From contig CAVQXP010000004.1 of assembly GCA_963717935.1 (NCBI GenBank), positions 1,632,001 through 1,696,000 on the forward strand: a stretch of 64,000 nucleotides of DNA, given 5' to 3'. This document shows, in pieces, positions 29,268 to 40,513 of the stretch. Within the stretch, counting starts at the first letter, position 1. Each line of letters starts with the position of its first letter. Both the position numbers and the translations under genes were made by a program. Under the pieces are notes generated by a model. The model was not told the DNA's origin and ran no database searches. It saw nothing but the letters and a program-made list of their open reading frames with translations. This DNA comes from Candidatus Eiseniibacteriota bacterium (GTDB taxonomy: Bacteria > Eisenbacteria > RBG-16-71-46).

Positions 29268-32200
29268 TCAGAAGCCGGGTTGGAGCGAGAGTTCCCAGTA
29301 CCAGCCCTGGCCGGGCCGGTCGTTGGGGTGGACGAGGTCGACCTCGCCGATGGCGAAGCCGAGCAGGTTGGCACGCAGGGCGACGCCGTAGCTCGTCACG
29401 GGACGGCGCGGGCCGCCAAGGATCCGGGTCCTCTCCTCCCGCGTCCAGGCGGTGCCGGCGTCGAAGAAGATCGCGGTCTCGATGGGCGGCACGGCCGGCG
29501 TGGGGTAGAGCCCGAGGGCCCCGAGCAGTGGCACCCGCAGCTCGAGGTTGGCCACGGCGAGCCGGCTGCCATACAGGCGATCGTAGGCAGTGGCCGCGGC
29601 CTGGTCGCCGTCGGTCAACTGGGTGCTGAAGGAGGCGTAGTCGTAGCCGCGCATCAGCCACGGGTCCCCGAGGTAGAGCCACGAGAGCCGCGAATCCTCG
29701 GCGCCGGGGCCATAGCGGCCGTAGTGGAGCGCCCGCCCGGCCAGGATGAAGGAGCGGCCGAGCCGCAGGTAGCGCCGGTAGTCGGCGAGCACGTCGTGAT
29801 ACTGGATGCTGCCCCCGAGCCCCGAGACCTCGAAGCGGTAGCGCTGGCCCATCACCGGGCTCGTGCCGCCGAAGACGCCGCTGTCGTGGACCAGCGCGAC
29901 CCCGCCGCCCGCGAGATTCAGCGAGGGCGGGTTGCCGTACGGGTTGTTCAGGGTCTCGTCCACGTACGTGGTGTTGTTGTCGTACACGATCCTGCGGACC
30001 CGGTTGGCGAAGGAGATGTTGCGCACCCCGGCCGAGAACTCCACGCGCGAGAAGCGGCTGAACGGGTAGGAGACGCTGCCCATCAGCGCCCGCTCGATCT
30101 GCCAGACGGTGTGCTCTTCCTCGCGCCACACGTCCTGACCGCCGGCTAGGGTGTCCACGCCCTGGAGGTAGTACTGCGTGATGTAGGGGATCTGGCTGGC
30201 CTGCAGCCCCCAGTTCCAGCGCGCGCGCAGGTCCTGGTACGCGACCGCTGTCGCCGTGTTGTTCAGGATGTTGCCGCCCACGTTCGTGATCTGAAGCAGG
30301 GTCACCAGCTCGTGATCGCCCAGCATGTCGCTCCAGTAGAGCCCCGCGCCGCCGCCCACGCCGACCCCGGCGGAGCCGGCCGCCACGCCCAGGCTCGGCT
30401 GGGAGACGTAGTCGAGCGAGAGCCGCGGACGGTAGCGCGTGGACGAGAAGCGCATGGTGTCCACGGCGGCGACCGCGGTGCGCGCCGAGTCCATCCAGGC
30501 CGCGCGGGCCCGCGGCGAAGGAGGCAGCGTCGCGGGGGCGGCTGCCGAGGAGTCGTGCCCGGCCGCTTGTGATTCGGCGCCGGCCACGGGCGCCACCGGC
30601 AGCGAATCGCGCACGGTGGCCAGCGCGACGGACAGCGAGTCGCGCACGGTGGCCGACACGACCAGAACCGAGTCGCGCACCGGGGTCAGCGCTGCCGGCA
30701 GCGAATCACGCACGGTGGCCAGCGCGGCGGGCAGCGAGTCGCGCGGCAGCCCGCCGGCACGGCGCGCCTCGTCGAGGCGGAAGAGCCCGAAGCTGCCGGC
30801 GTCGTAGGCGCTGAACACGATCTGGCCGGACTGGCGCGCCACCGTGAGGGCCGGGCTGAGGTGCGTCAGGCCCGAGACGCCGGTGAGCAGGTTGGTGAGC
30901 GGCTCGAGGTGTCCGCCCTCCAGGTCGAGGCGGTAGAGATTGGAGATCCCGTCGGGGTCGGCGATGAAGCAGAGGCTGCGCCCGTCGGGGGTCCACTGCG
31001 GGTTGATGTTCTTGCCGGTCGCGAAGGTCTCGAGCGCGCGGACGGCACCGGTCTCCGGGTCGATGAGGGCGAGGCGGTAGCTGCCGTAACGGGCGCCGTT
31101 CACCGCCGGGCCGAAGCGGTCGGTGACGAACGCGATGCTCTCTCCGTCGGGCGACCACGCGGGCTGCAGGTCGGCCCAGTCGTCGTGCGTGAGGCGGCGC
31201 GCGACCTTGCTCTCGAGGTCGAGCACCCAGAGATCCGTCACGCCCCGGCCGAGGGCGGAGAAGGCGATGCGCCGGCCGTCGGGGGACCAGGTCGGACGGA
31301 AGACCTCGCCGAGGTCCGCGAAAGGCACCCGCCGCACGATGCGGCCGCTCGCCACGTCCATCACCGAGAGCATGGGGCGGCCACGGCTCGCGCTGGAGAA
31401 GGCGAAGCGCTTGCCGTCGGGGCTCCACTCGCCGCCGGAGTTGATGAAGCCGAGATTCTGCATCTCGGGGTCCACGGTGCTCCGGGTGATGGCCCGCAGT
31501 ACCTTCCCGCTCACCGCGTCCGCGAGGTACATCTCGATCGAGAGCTGGCCGCGCTCCGAGAAGAAGACGACCTTCCGGCCGTCGGGCGAGAGTGCCGGAC
31601 CCAGGTTCATGCGGCCGATGCCGCGCTTCGCGATCACGAGCGGAGCGGCGGCCTTCAGGGTCGGCTCGGTCCGGCGGGCGAGCGGGCCCTCCCAGTCGCG
31701 CAGGGCCTGGTGCCAGCCCATGATGACCGAGTCGGCCGGCACGCCGAGCGTGCCCTGCAGCGCCTGGCGGACGTCGCCCGAGCGGCCCGCGGCCTTGAGC
31801 ACGCGGGCGACGGCATCCTCGCCGAAGCGGCCGGTCAGGTAGGCCCACAGCGACTGGCCGAAGCGGTAGGGGAAGTAGCGTGAATCCTCGAGCCGGCCGT
31901 AGTTCGGGAGCTTGTTGACCTGCGCCGCGTCGCGCATCCACATCGCGGTGTGCGGGTCGTCCGCACCCAGCGTCAGGTACTCGGCCATGCCCTCCATGAA
32001 CCACAGGGGCAGCCGCGCCGCCGTCATGAGCCCCATGGTCTGCGAGCGGCCCTGGCCGACGATGTCGTACTGGAACGCGTGCACCAGCTCGTGGCCGATG
32101 ACGTGGTCGGTCTCCGCCAGCGGACCGGCGAAGGGGACGACGATGCGGCGCTTGAGGGCCTCGGTCACGCCGCCCACGCCCTCGCCCAGGTCGCCGTAGA

Positions 32201-32516
32201 TGGCGTTGGTCTGTTCGAAGGCCGGATGGCTGGCGTAGAGGACGAGAGGCTGGCGGCGCGAGAGGTCGTGCTGCAGGGCCTTCGAGAGCCGTGCGTACCA
32301 GCGCTCCGCCATGCGCGCGGCCTCGGGTACGACCTCCTTCGTCTCCGAATAGTAGTAGACGTCGAAGTGCTCGGTCGTGAGCACCTGGAAGTCGAAGGGC
32401 TGGTAACGGACCTTGTTCTGGCCGAAGTACTCCTGGGCGCTGGCCGGTGGGGCGAGAGACGCCGCCAGCGCGAGGCAGGCAAGGACAGGCGTGACCGAAC
32501 GACGCCACGAAGACAT
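29268..32516 (-). CDS. Omp85/BamA-TamA family outer-membrane protein with N-terminal zincin-like domain and PD40/TolB-like repeats
   Basis: Signal peptide, QEYFGQNKVRY, HELVHAFQ..EGMAEY, repeated P.WSPDG, C-terminal barrel with (M)RGY, FFDAG and terminal Phe. Confidence 0.85.
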   Translation of the reverse strand: MSSWRRSVTPVLACLALAASLAPPASAQEYFGQNKVRYQPFDFQVLTTEHFDVYYYSETKEVVPEAARMAERWYARLSKALQHDLSRRQPLVLYASHPAFEQTNAIYGDLGEGVGGVTEALKRRIVVPFAGPLAETDHVIGHELVHAFQYDIVGQGRSQTMGLMTAARLPLWFMEGMAEYLTLGADDPHTAMWMRDAAQVNKLPNYGRLEDSRYFPYRFGQSLWAYLTGRFGEDAVARVLKAAGRSGDVRQALQGTLGVPADSVIMGWHQALRDWEGPLARRTEPTLKAAAPLVIAKRGIGRMNLGPALSPDGRKVVFFSERGQLSIEMYLADAVSGKVLRAITRSTVDPEMQNLGFINSGGEWSPDGKRFAFSSASRGRPMLSVMDVASGRIVRRVPFADLGEVFRPTWSPDGRRIAFSALGRGVTDLWVLDLESKVARRLTHDDWADLQPAWSPDGESIAFVTDRFGPAVNGARYGSYRLALIDPETGAVRALETFATGKNINPQWTPDGRSLCFIADPDGISNLYRLDLEGGHLEPLTNLLTGVSGLTHLSPALTVARQSGQIVFSAYDAGSFGLFRLDEARRAGGLPRDSLPAALATVRDSLPAALTPVRDSVLVVSATVRDSLSVALATVRDSLPVAPVAGAESQAAGHDSSAAAPATLPPSPRARAAWMDSARTAVAAVDTMRFSSTRYRPRLSLDYVSQPSLGVAAGSAGVGVGGGAGLYWSDMLGDHELVTLLQITNVGGNILNNTATAVAYQDLRARWNWGLQASQIPYITQYYLQGVDTLAGGQDVWREEEHTVWQIERALMGSVSYPFSRFSRVEFSAGVRNISFANRVRRIVYDNNTTYVDETLNNPYGNPPSLNLAGGGVALVHDSGVFGGTSPVMGQRYRFEVSGLGGSIQYHDVLADYRRYLRLGRSFILAGRALHYGRYGPGAEDSRLSWLYLGDPWLMRGYDYASFSTQLTDGDQAAATAYDRLYGSRLAVANLELRVPLLGALGLYPTPAVPPIETAIFFDAGTAWTREERTRILGGPRRPVTSYGVALRANLLGFAIGEVDLVHPNDRPGQGWYWELSLQPGF
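30598..30748 (-). repeat. Five tandem 33-nt (11-aa) intragenic repeats, RDS(L/V)
   Basis: RDSLPAALATV RDSLPAALTPV RDSVLVVSATV RDSLSVALATV RDSLP. Confidence 0.85.
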
Positions 32517-32920
32517 GAAACGGACCTCCCACGGATGGGGATGGGTGGATCTGGCCCTGGGCAGAAGACGCGAGGGTTGCTCCCGGCGCGCTCATTCTAT
32601 AACGCGGGGGGACTCCGGACACCAGCGGCTCCCCGCGGGGGAGTGACCGCCCCGGTGGAGGGCGCTGCCGTGGAGTCAGGAGACCGTCAGGTCGCCGCGG
32701 CGGCACGAGCCGCTCGGTCACGGGGGGCGCCGCGTGGAATCGTCCCGACCGTGGGGCGCATCTCATCCTGCGTACCCATCACCGGGGTGTCTGCCCCGGC
32801 CGCGGCCCGAACACCCTGTCGGCGTGTCCGGGCCGCGGGCTTCGTGGTAGTCTGCGGCCCGTCTCTGCACCGGAGAGGAGCGGCTCTGCCACCGGCCGCG
32901 GGGCAGCCATCGAGGGACAC

Positions 32921-35697
32921 ATGGCCTCCAGACTCGATGCCATCCAACGCGCCAGCGCCTCGTACATCGAGGAACTGTACGCGCGGTACCGGGAAGACCC
33001 GGGCTCGGTCTCCGAGGATTGGGGCATCTTCTTCGCCGGCTTCGAGCTGGCGGGCCCGCCGCGGCCCGGTGGGGGCGTGCCGGGCCAGCCTTCGGGCGAG
33101 GTCTTCGGCCTGGTGCAGCACCACCGCATCTTCGGGCACCTCGCGGCCTGGCTCGATCCGCTGAGCGACCGCCCGCGGCTCCTGCCGTTGCTCGACCCGG
33201 TGTCCTTCGGCTTCCAGGAGGCCGACCTCGAGGCCGTGGTCTCCTGGGAGCCCTTCAAGGGCGGCGCTCGGGGCCCGTTGCGCGAACTGATCGCCGCCCT
33301 GCGCCGGACCTACTGCGACACGATCGGCGTCGAGTTCATGCGCCTGGCCGACGAGGAACGGCGCGTCTGGCTGCAGGAGCGCATGGAGCCCGTGCAGAAC
33401 CACCCGGCGATGGAGCCGGCCGAGCGCCTGCGCATCCTGCGGCAGTTGACGCTGGCGGACGGCTTCGAGGAGTTCCTGCACACGCGCTACCCGGGCCAGA
33501 AGCGCTTCTCGCTCGAGGGCTGCGGCGCGCTCATCCCGATGCTCGACGGGCTCGTCGAGGCGGCGGCCGCTTCGGGCGTGGAGCAGATCGTGCTCGGGAT
33601 GCCGCACCGCGGGCGTCTCAACGTGCTCGCCAACCTGATGGGCAAGCCCTTCGAGGACATCTTCCACGAGTTCGAGGCCACCGAGCTGCCCGAGGAGATC
33701 CAGGGACACGGCGACGTGAAGTACCACCTGGGCTACTCGACCGACCACCCGACGCGCGGCGCGGGCTGCATCCACCTGGACCTCTACTTCAATCCGAGCC
33801 ACCTGGAGTTCGTGAACCCGGTCGTGCTCGGGGCGGTGCGGGCGAAGCAGGATCGCATGGGGGATGCCGGACCGATGCGCTGCCTGCCGGTGCTGCTCCA
33901 CGGCGACGCCGCCTTCGCGGGCGAGGGTATCGTGACCGAGACGCTGGCCATGGCCGCGCTCCCGCACTACGACACGGGCGGCACGGTGCACGTCATCGTG
34001 AACAACCAGGTGGGGTTCACCACCTCGCCCGCGGACGCGCGCACCTCGCGCTATCCGACCGACGTGGCGCGGGTCGAGGACGCGCCGGTGTTCCACGTGA
34101 ACGCCGACGACCCCGCGGCGGTCGTGCACGTCATCCGGCTCGCGGTGGAGTACCGGCAGCGGTTCAAGCGCGATGTCTTCGTGGACCTGGTGTGCTTCCG
34201 CAAGCACGGGCACAACGAGCTGGACGACCCGACCTTCACCCAGCCGGTCATGTACCGGAAGGTGGCCGGGCACCCCGCGGTCTCGCGGCTCTACGCGGAG
34301 CGGCTCAAGAGCGAGGGCGTCCTCGACGACGCCGGGCTCGAGGCCCTGCGGGGCGAGCTCGCGACGGTGTTCCAGGCGGCCCACCAGCGCGCCCGTGGCC
34401 GGCGGCCCGTGCCGCCCTCGCGCGCGCTGGGCGGCGCCTGGAAGGGGTTCGAGTGGGCCGGCGAGGACTGGACGGCCGAGACGGCGCTGCCGCGCGAGCG
34501 GCTCGAGCAGGTGGCGCGCTCGCTGGCCGAGGTGCCGACCGGGTTCCATCCTCATCGCAAGGTCGCGGCCCTCGCGGCCGAGCGCGTGAAGATGCTGGAG
34601 CAGGACCGCGTGGACTGGGGGCTGGGCGAGGCGCTCGCCCTGGGCACGCTGTTGCTCGAGGGGCACCACCTGCGCCTGAGCGGGCAGGACACGGGGCGCG
34701 GCACCTTCAGCCACCGCCACGCGGTGCTGCACGACGCCGAGGACGGCCGCCTGCACGTCCCGCTGCAGCACCTGGCCGTCGGGCAGGGCCGCTTCGAGAT
34801 CTTCGACACGCCGCTCGCCGAATCGGCGCCCGTCGGCTTCGAGTACGGCTACAGCACGGCCGACCCGCAGACGCTGGTGGTCTGGGAGGCGCAGTTCGGG
34901 GATTTCGTGAACGTGGCCCAGGTCTACCTGGACCAGTTCCTGGCGAGCGCCGAGTCCAAGTGGCGGCGCATGTCCGGCCTGACGCTGCTGCTGCCCCACG
35001 GCTACGAAGGGCAGGGCCCGGAGCACTCGAGCGCGCGGCTCGAGCGCTTCCTGGAGCTCTGCGCGCGCTGCAACCTGCAGGTCGTGAACCTCACCACCCC
35101 GGCGCAGTTGTTCCACGCGCTGCGGCGCCAGATGCACCGGCGCTTCCGCAAGCCGCTGGTCATCATGAGCCCGAAGAGCCTGCTGCGGCACCGCTCGGCG
35201 GTCTCGCCCGTCCTGGACTTCACGGACGGGGCACTTCCGCACCGTGATCGACGACGCGAAGGTCGCAGGACCCCGACGCGGTGCGGGGGATCCTGCTCGC
35301 CTCCGGCAAGATCTGCTACGCCCTCGAGGAGGCACGCGCCGCGCGGCCGGACCTGCCGGCGGCGCTGGCGCGGGTCGAGCAGCTCTACCCGTTCCCGCGC
35401 GCGGAGCTCGACGCGCTGTTCCGCCGCTACCCGAACGCGCGCGAGGTGCGCTGGGTGCAGGAGGAGCCGGCCAACATGGGGGCCTGGCGCAGCACGCGTC
35501 ACCGGATCGAGGTGGCCCTGCCGCCGGGCTGGCGCCTGCGGCTCGTGGCGCGCAAGGCCTCGCCCACCCCGGCCACCGGCAATTACCATGTCCATGTCGA
35601 GCAGGAGCGCGCGCTGCTGGAGCGCGCCCTCGCGGAGTTCGGGCCCGCGCGCAAGGCGCCCGCGCCGGCGGGGCGCCGGGAAGGAGGAGCGCCGTGA
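32921..35697 (+). CDS. sucA: 2-oxoglutarate dehydrogenase E1; one frameshift near 35230
   Basis: [87 protein letters not shown]. Confidence 0.95.
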
Positions 35698-36929
35698 GCG
35701 TCGAGGTCAAGGTCCCGCGGCTGGCCGAGTCCATCGCGGACGCCACGCTCGTCGAATGGCTCAAGGGGGACGGCGAGGCCGTGCGTCTGGACGAGCCCGT
35801 CGCCACGCTGGAGACCGACAAGGCGGCGGTGGAGATCTCCGCCACGGAGAGCGGCGTGCTGCGCCACGCGCGGAAGGTGGGCGACGTGGTGCGGATGGAC
35901 GACGTGCTGGCGCGCATCGAGCCCGGCGCGGTCCCCGCTGCCGCTGCGGCGCGGCCTGCCGCGCCCGCCGCCCGCCCGTTCCCGCCGGGGGTGGCTGCGG
36001 CCGCCCCGCCGGCCGCCGTTCCCGGGGTCCCGTTCGGACCTGCCGTGCGGCGCCTGGTCGAGGAGCACGGGCTCGACCCGGCGTCCGTGACGGGGACGGG
36101 CCCGGGCGGGCGGTTGCTCAAGGAGGACGTGCTGCGGCACCTCGAGGCGGCCGCCTCGTGCCCCGCCATACCCGCCCGCCCCGCCGCGCCGCCCGCGCCG
36201 CCGCCGTCCGGCCCCGCCGCTCCCGCGGAGGCTGGCGAGCGCGTCGTGCCGATGAACCGCATCCGCCAGCGGATCGCCGAGCGTCTCGTGCAGGCCCAGC
36301 ACACGGCCGCGATCCTGACCACGTTCAACGAGGTGGACATGAGCGCGATCGTCGAGTTGCGGGCGCGACGGCGCGAGAGCTTCGAGCAGCAGCACGGGTT
36401 GAAGCTCGGTCTCACGAGTTTCTTCGGGCGCGCCTGCGTCCAGGTGCTGCGCGAGGTCCCCGAGTTGAACGCCAGGGTCCGCGGCACCGACGTCGTCTAC
36501 CACGATTTCGTCCATCTCGCCGTGGCGGTGCAGACCGACCGGGGCCTGGTGGTGCCGGTCATCCACGACGCGCACCGGCTCTGCTTCGTGGAACTCGAGC
36601 GCGAGATCGCCCGCCTGGCCGGGAAGGCCCGCGACCACCGGCTCTCGCTCGACGACCTGGCGGGGGGCACCTTCACGGTCTCGAACGGCGGCATCTTCGG
36701 CTCGCTGTTGTCCACGCCCATCCTCAACCCGCCGCAGAGCGGCATCCTCGGCATGCACAAGATCGAGAAGCGCCCCGTGGTCGTGGCCGACCAGGTCGTG
36801 ATCCGGCCCATGATGTACGTCGCGCTCTCCTACGACCACCGCATCGTGGACGGCGAGCAGTCGGTCAGCTTCCTGGTGCGGGTGAAGGAGCGGCTCGAGG
36901 ATCCCGAGCGCCTGTTGCTGGACGTCTGA
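35694..36929 (+). CDS. sucB: Dihydrolipoyllysine succinyltransferase (E2)
   Basis: GTG overlapping the sucA stop; lipoyl domain ETDKA, E3-binding [29 protein letters not shown]. Confidence 0.95.
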   Translation: MSVEVKVPRLAESIADATLVEWLKGDGEAVRLDEPVATLETDKAAVEISATESGVLRHARKVGDVVRMDDVLARIEPGAVPAAAAARPAAPAARPFPPGVAAAAPPAAVPGVPFGPAVRRLVEEHGLDPASVTGTGPGGRLLKEDVLRHLEAAASCPAIPARPAAPPAPPPSGPAAPAEAGERVVPMNRIRQRIAERLVQAQHTAAILTTFNEVDMSAIVELRARRRESFEQQHGLKLGLTSFFGRACVQVLREVPELNARVRGTDVVYHDFVHLAVAVQTDRGLVVPVIHDAHRLCFVELEREIARLAGKARDHRLSLDDLAGGTFTVSNGGIFGSLLSTPILNPPQSGILGMHKIEKRPVVVADQVVIRPMMYVALSYDHRIVDGEQSVSFLVRVKERLEDPERLLLDV

Positions 36930-37022
36930 GCGGCGGGCCCTCGCCGGCGGACCCACCCTCGGCCGGTGGCCGCCTGCGCGCGACCGCCGCGCATCCCGTG
37001 GGACATAGAGGAGACCCGCTTC

Positions 37023-38424
<1,402 letters not shown>

Positions 38425-38536
38425 CCGGTCCACGGTGTGCCCGCCCCTCGCCGGATGCCCCCGGCGGGTGCCGCCCGGCGCTCATCGCGGGTGGATCCTT
38501 GTCCCGGGCCGGGCATCTCAGGGTTTTGGGGCAGGA

Positions 38537-38565
38537 TTGACTGCCCGGTCCTCCATTGGTAGGAT
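38537..38565 (+). promoter_or_regulatory. Putative sigma70 promoter
   Basis: TTGACT-N17-TAGGAT, about 140 nt upstream of ATG 38708. Confidence 0.55.
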
Positions 38566-38707
38566 TATTGCGAATGGTCCATTGAGATAAGGGTTCTGCG
38601 CTTCCCCTTCGGCCCCCCCTTGGAGCGCGGAACGAGGCCGTGTAGCTGCCAGGTCGACTCCCAAAAGGTCCGGCGCTTTGCTTCCACCAGCTCGGGAGAG
38701 ACAATCC

Positions 38708-39478
38708 ATGCGTGGTCTGATCGGGTGTCTGTTCACCCTGTTCATCGGCACCGCACTTTGTGCAGCCGTTCCGTCTCAGGCTGCCGTGGAGGTCGTCTTC
38801 GGGGATTCCTGGGATGGCCCGAGCCAGAACCTCCAGGTGATCGTGGATGGTCTTTACGGGGTGGGCCGGATCGACGTGAAGCGCGACTACCTCGGTGCGA
38901 AGGCCGATGAGCCAGACCCATGGTTCTGGGTGGACAACAAGTTCGCGGCGCTGCTCGTGAGAGAGGTGGCCGGGAACGCGGGTGCCAACCAGGTCGGCTG
39001 GTACGAGGAGACGGGCTCGATGCCCGTGCTCACGAACGACGGCGTGCGCGACGGGCTGGTGTTCGACGGCCCCGCGGGGGCGGGCGCCAGCGCGATCCTG
39101 ACCTTCACGAAGCCCATGATGCGGTTCGGCTTCTACCTGAACCCCAACGGCCCCCTCGACGCTCTCAACGCTCCCGAGCCGGAGAAGTTCTTCACGAACC
39201 GCACGTTCAACGACATCGGTCCCGACGGGAGCGGTGCGCTGCACTCGCCCACGGGCGGCGACATGCAGGTGCTGGTCTTCGACCTCTCGAATATCACGGA
39301 GGCGAACACCTGGCTCGTGTGCTTCGAGGACCTGGACTCGGGCGCCGTGCCGGGCCCGATCGGCCAGGCGCAGACCGACAACGATTTCAACGATTTCATC
39401 TTCGAAGTCAAGGCCTTCGGCGCGACGCCGGTCCAGCCGCTCTCCTTCGGCGGGCTCAAGGCGAAATACGCGCGCTGA
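38708..39478 (+). CDS. Secreted protein with DUF4114-like C-terminal region and ATP...SFGGLKAKY tail
   Basis: Signal peptide; FGFYL; CFEDL...DNDFNDFIFEV; ends ATPVQPLSFGGLKAKYAR. Confidence 0.7.
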   Translation: MRGLIGCLFTLFIGTALCAAVPSQAAVEVVFGDSWDGPSQNLQVIVDGLYGVGRIDVKRDYLGAKADEPDPWFWVDNKFAALLVREVAGNAGANQVGWYEETGSMPVLTNDGVRDGLVFDGPAGAGASAILTFTKPMMRFGFYLNPNGPLDALNAPEPEKFFTNRTFNDIGPDGSGALHSPTGGDMQVLVFDLSNITEANTWLVCFEDLDSGAVPGPIGQAQTDNDFNDFIFEVKAFGATPVQPLSFGGLKAKYAR

Positions 39479-39491
39479 CGGTTCCCTCCCG

Positions 39492-39531
39492 GCACGGCGG
39501 GCGCGCCCCTCAGGGAGCGCGCCCGCCGTGC
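39492..39531 (+). terminator. GC-rich hairpin after the secreted-protein gene
   Basis: GCACGGCGGGCGCGC...GCGCGCCCGCCGTGC inverted repeat. Confidence 0.5.
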
Positions 39532-39643
39532 GTCGGGAGCGGGGCCCCGTGGTGCGTGAGCGAGGTCCAGCCGTTTGACGCCCGCGCGGCCTCTGCGACA
39601 TCCTGCGCGATCATGACGACCGCACCCATCGGGTCCGCCTGAG

Positions 39644-40303
39644 GTGTTCCACTCGCTCCTGACCGTCTGGTTCGACCTCACGCTGAGGTGGGGCTACGCA
39701 GGCGTGTTCGTGCTCATGGCGATCGAGTCCACCGTGTTCCCGCTGCCGAGCGAGGTCGTGATCCCTCCGGCGGCCTACCTGGCGACGCAGGGGCACATGC
39801 ACTTCTGGGGCGTGGTGGCCGCAGCGACGCTGGGCTCGTGGGCGGGCTCGGCGCTCTCCTACTGGGTGGCCCGGGCGGTCGGGCGCCCGCTGCTGCTGCG
39901 CTACGGCCGCTACGTGTTCGTGCCCGAGAAGAAGTGGCTGCTGGCCGAGGGCTGGATCAACCGCTATTCCGCGGCCGGCATCTTCTTCGCGCGTCTGCTG
40001 CCGGTCGTCCGGCACCTGGTCTCGCTCCCCGCGGGGGCGGCGCGCATGCGCTTCGGGGTCTTCACGACCATGACGCTGCTCGGCTCCTTCGTGTGGTCCA
40101 CCGTCCTGGCCTGGTTCGGCGCGCAGGTGCTCGGCGAGGAGAAGCAGTTGCTCCAGGACCCGGACGCGCTGGTGCGCGTGCTGAAGCACAAGCTGGTCTG
40201 GTTCATGGCTGCGGCCGCGGTCCTGCTCCTGCTGTACGTCCTGGTGGACGTGATCGGGCGCCGGCTGCGGCGCGACGCCGCGGGCGCGGCGAAGACCTCC
40301 TGA
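39644..40303 (+). CDS. DedA family membrane protein
   Basis: MAIES..FPLPSEVV.PPA, GRP...RYG, FFARLLPVVRHLVSLPAG. Confidence 0.9.
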   Translation: MFHSLLTVWFDLTLRWGYAGVFVLMAIESTVFPLPSEVVIPPAAYLATQGHMHFWGVVAAATLGSWAGSALSYWVARAVGRPLLLRYGRYVFVPEKKWLLAEGWINRYSAAGIFFARLLPVVRHLVSLPAGAARMRFGVFTTMTLLGSFVWSTVLAWFGAQVLGEEKQLLQDPDALVRVLKHKLVWFMAAAAVLLLLYVLVDVIGRRLRRDAAGAAKTS

Positions 40304-40382
40304 GAGGCAGGCCGGGCGCACCGCGTTCGGCCGGTGCGCGACGCTCGCCGGACTCCTGGCCCCGGGCTGGCGCGTGGCCACT

Positions 40383-40511
40383 CAGGGAGCCAGCGTGCAG
40401 CGGGGGCCGAGCAGAGGCACCATGCGCTCGGCCCCCGCTGCACGCCGGCTCCCTGGCTACGATGGCAGGCCCATGCGCTCGGCCCCTGCTGTGCGCCCGC
40501 TCCCTGACTAC
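40383..40511. repeat. Intergenic hairpin element, copy 3 (30-bp stem, one mismatch), plus a tandem degenerate half copy
   Basis: Arms 40383-40412 and 40426-40455 with the same 13-nt loop; CTAC (GTAG on minus) at 40457-40460; 40471-40511 repeats 40420-40460 at 36/41 identity and also ends in CTAC. Confidence 0.9.
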
Positions 40512-40513
40512 GG

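Noticed and set aside
32670..32692. GAGTCAGGAGACC, resembling the 3' end of a cobalamin riboswitch
   Set aside because: Upstream conserved cobalamin elements were not found and the downstream gene is sucA.
35225..35250. Programmed frameshifting in sucA (also considered for glnS, gltX, gdhA)
   Set aside because: No slippery heptamer or consistent signal; indels are widespread and better explained by sequencing error.
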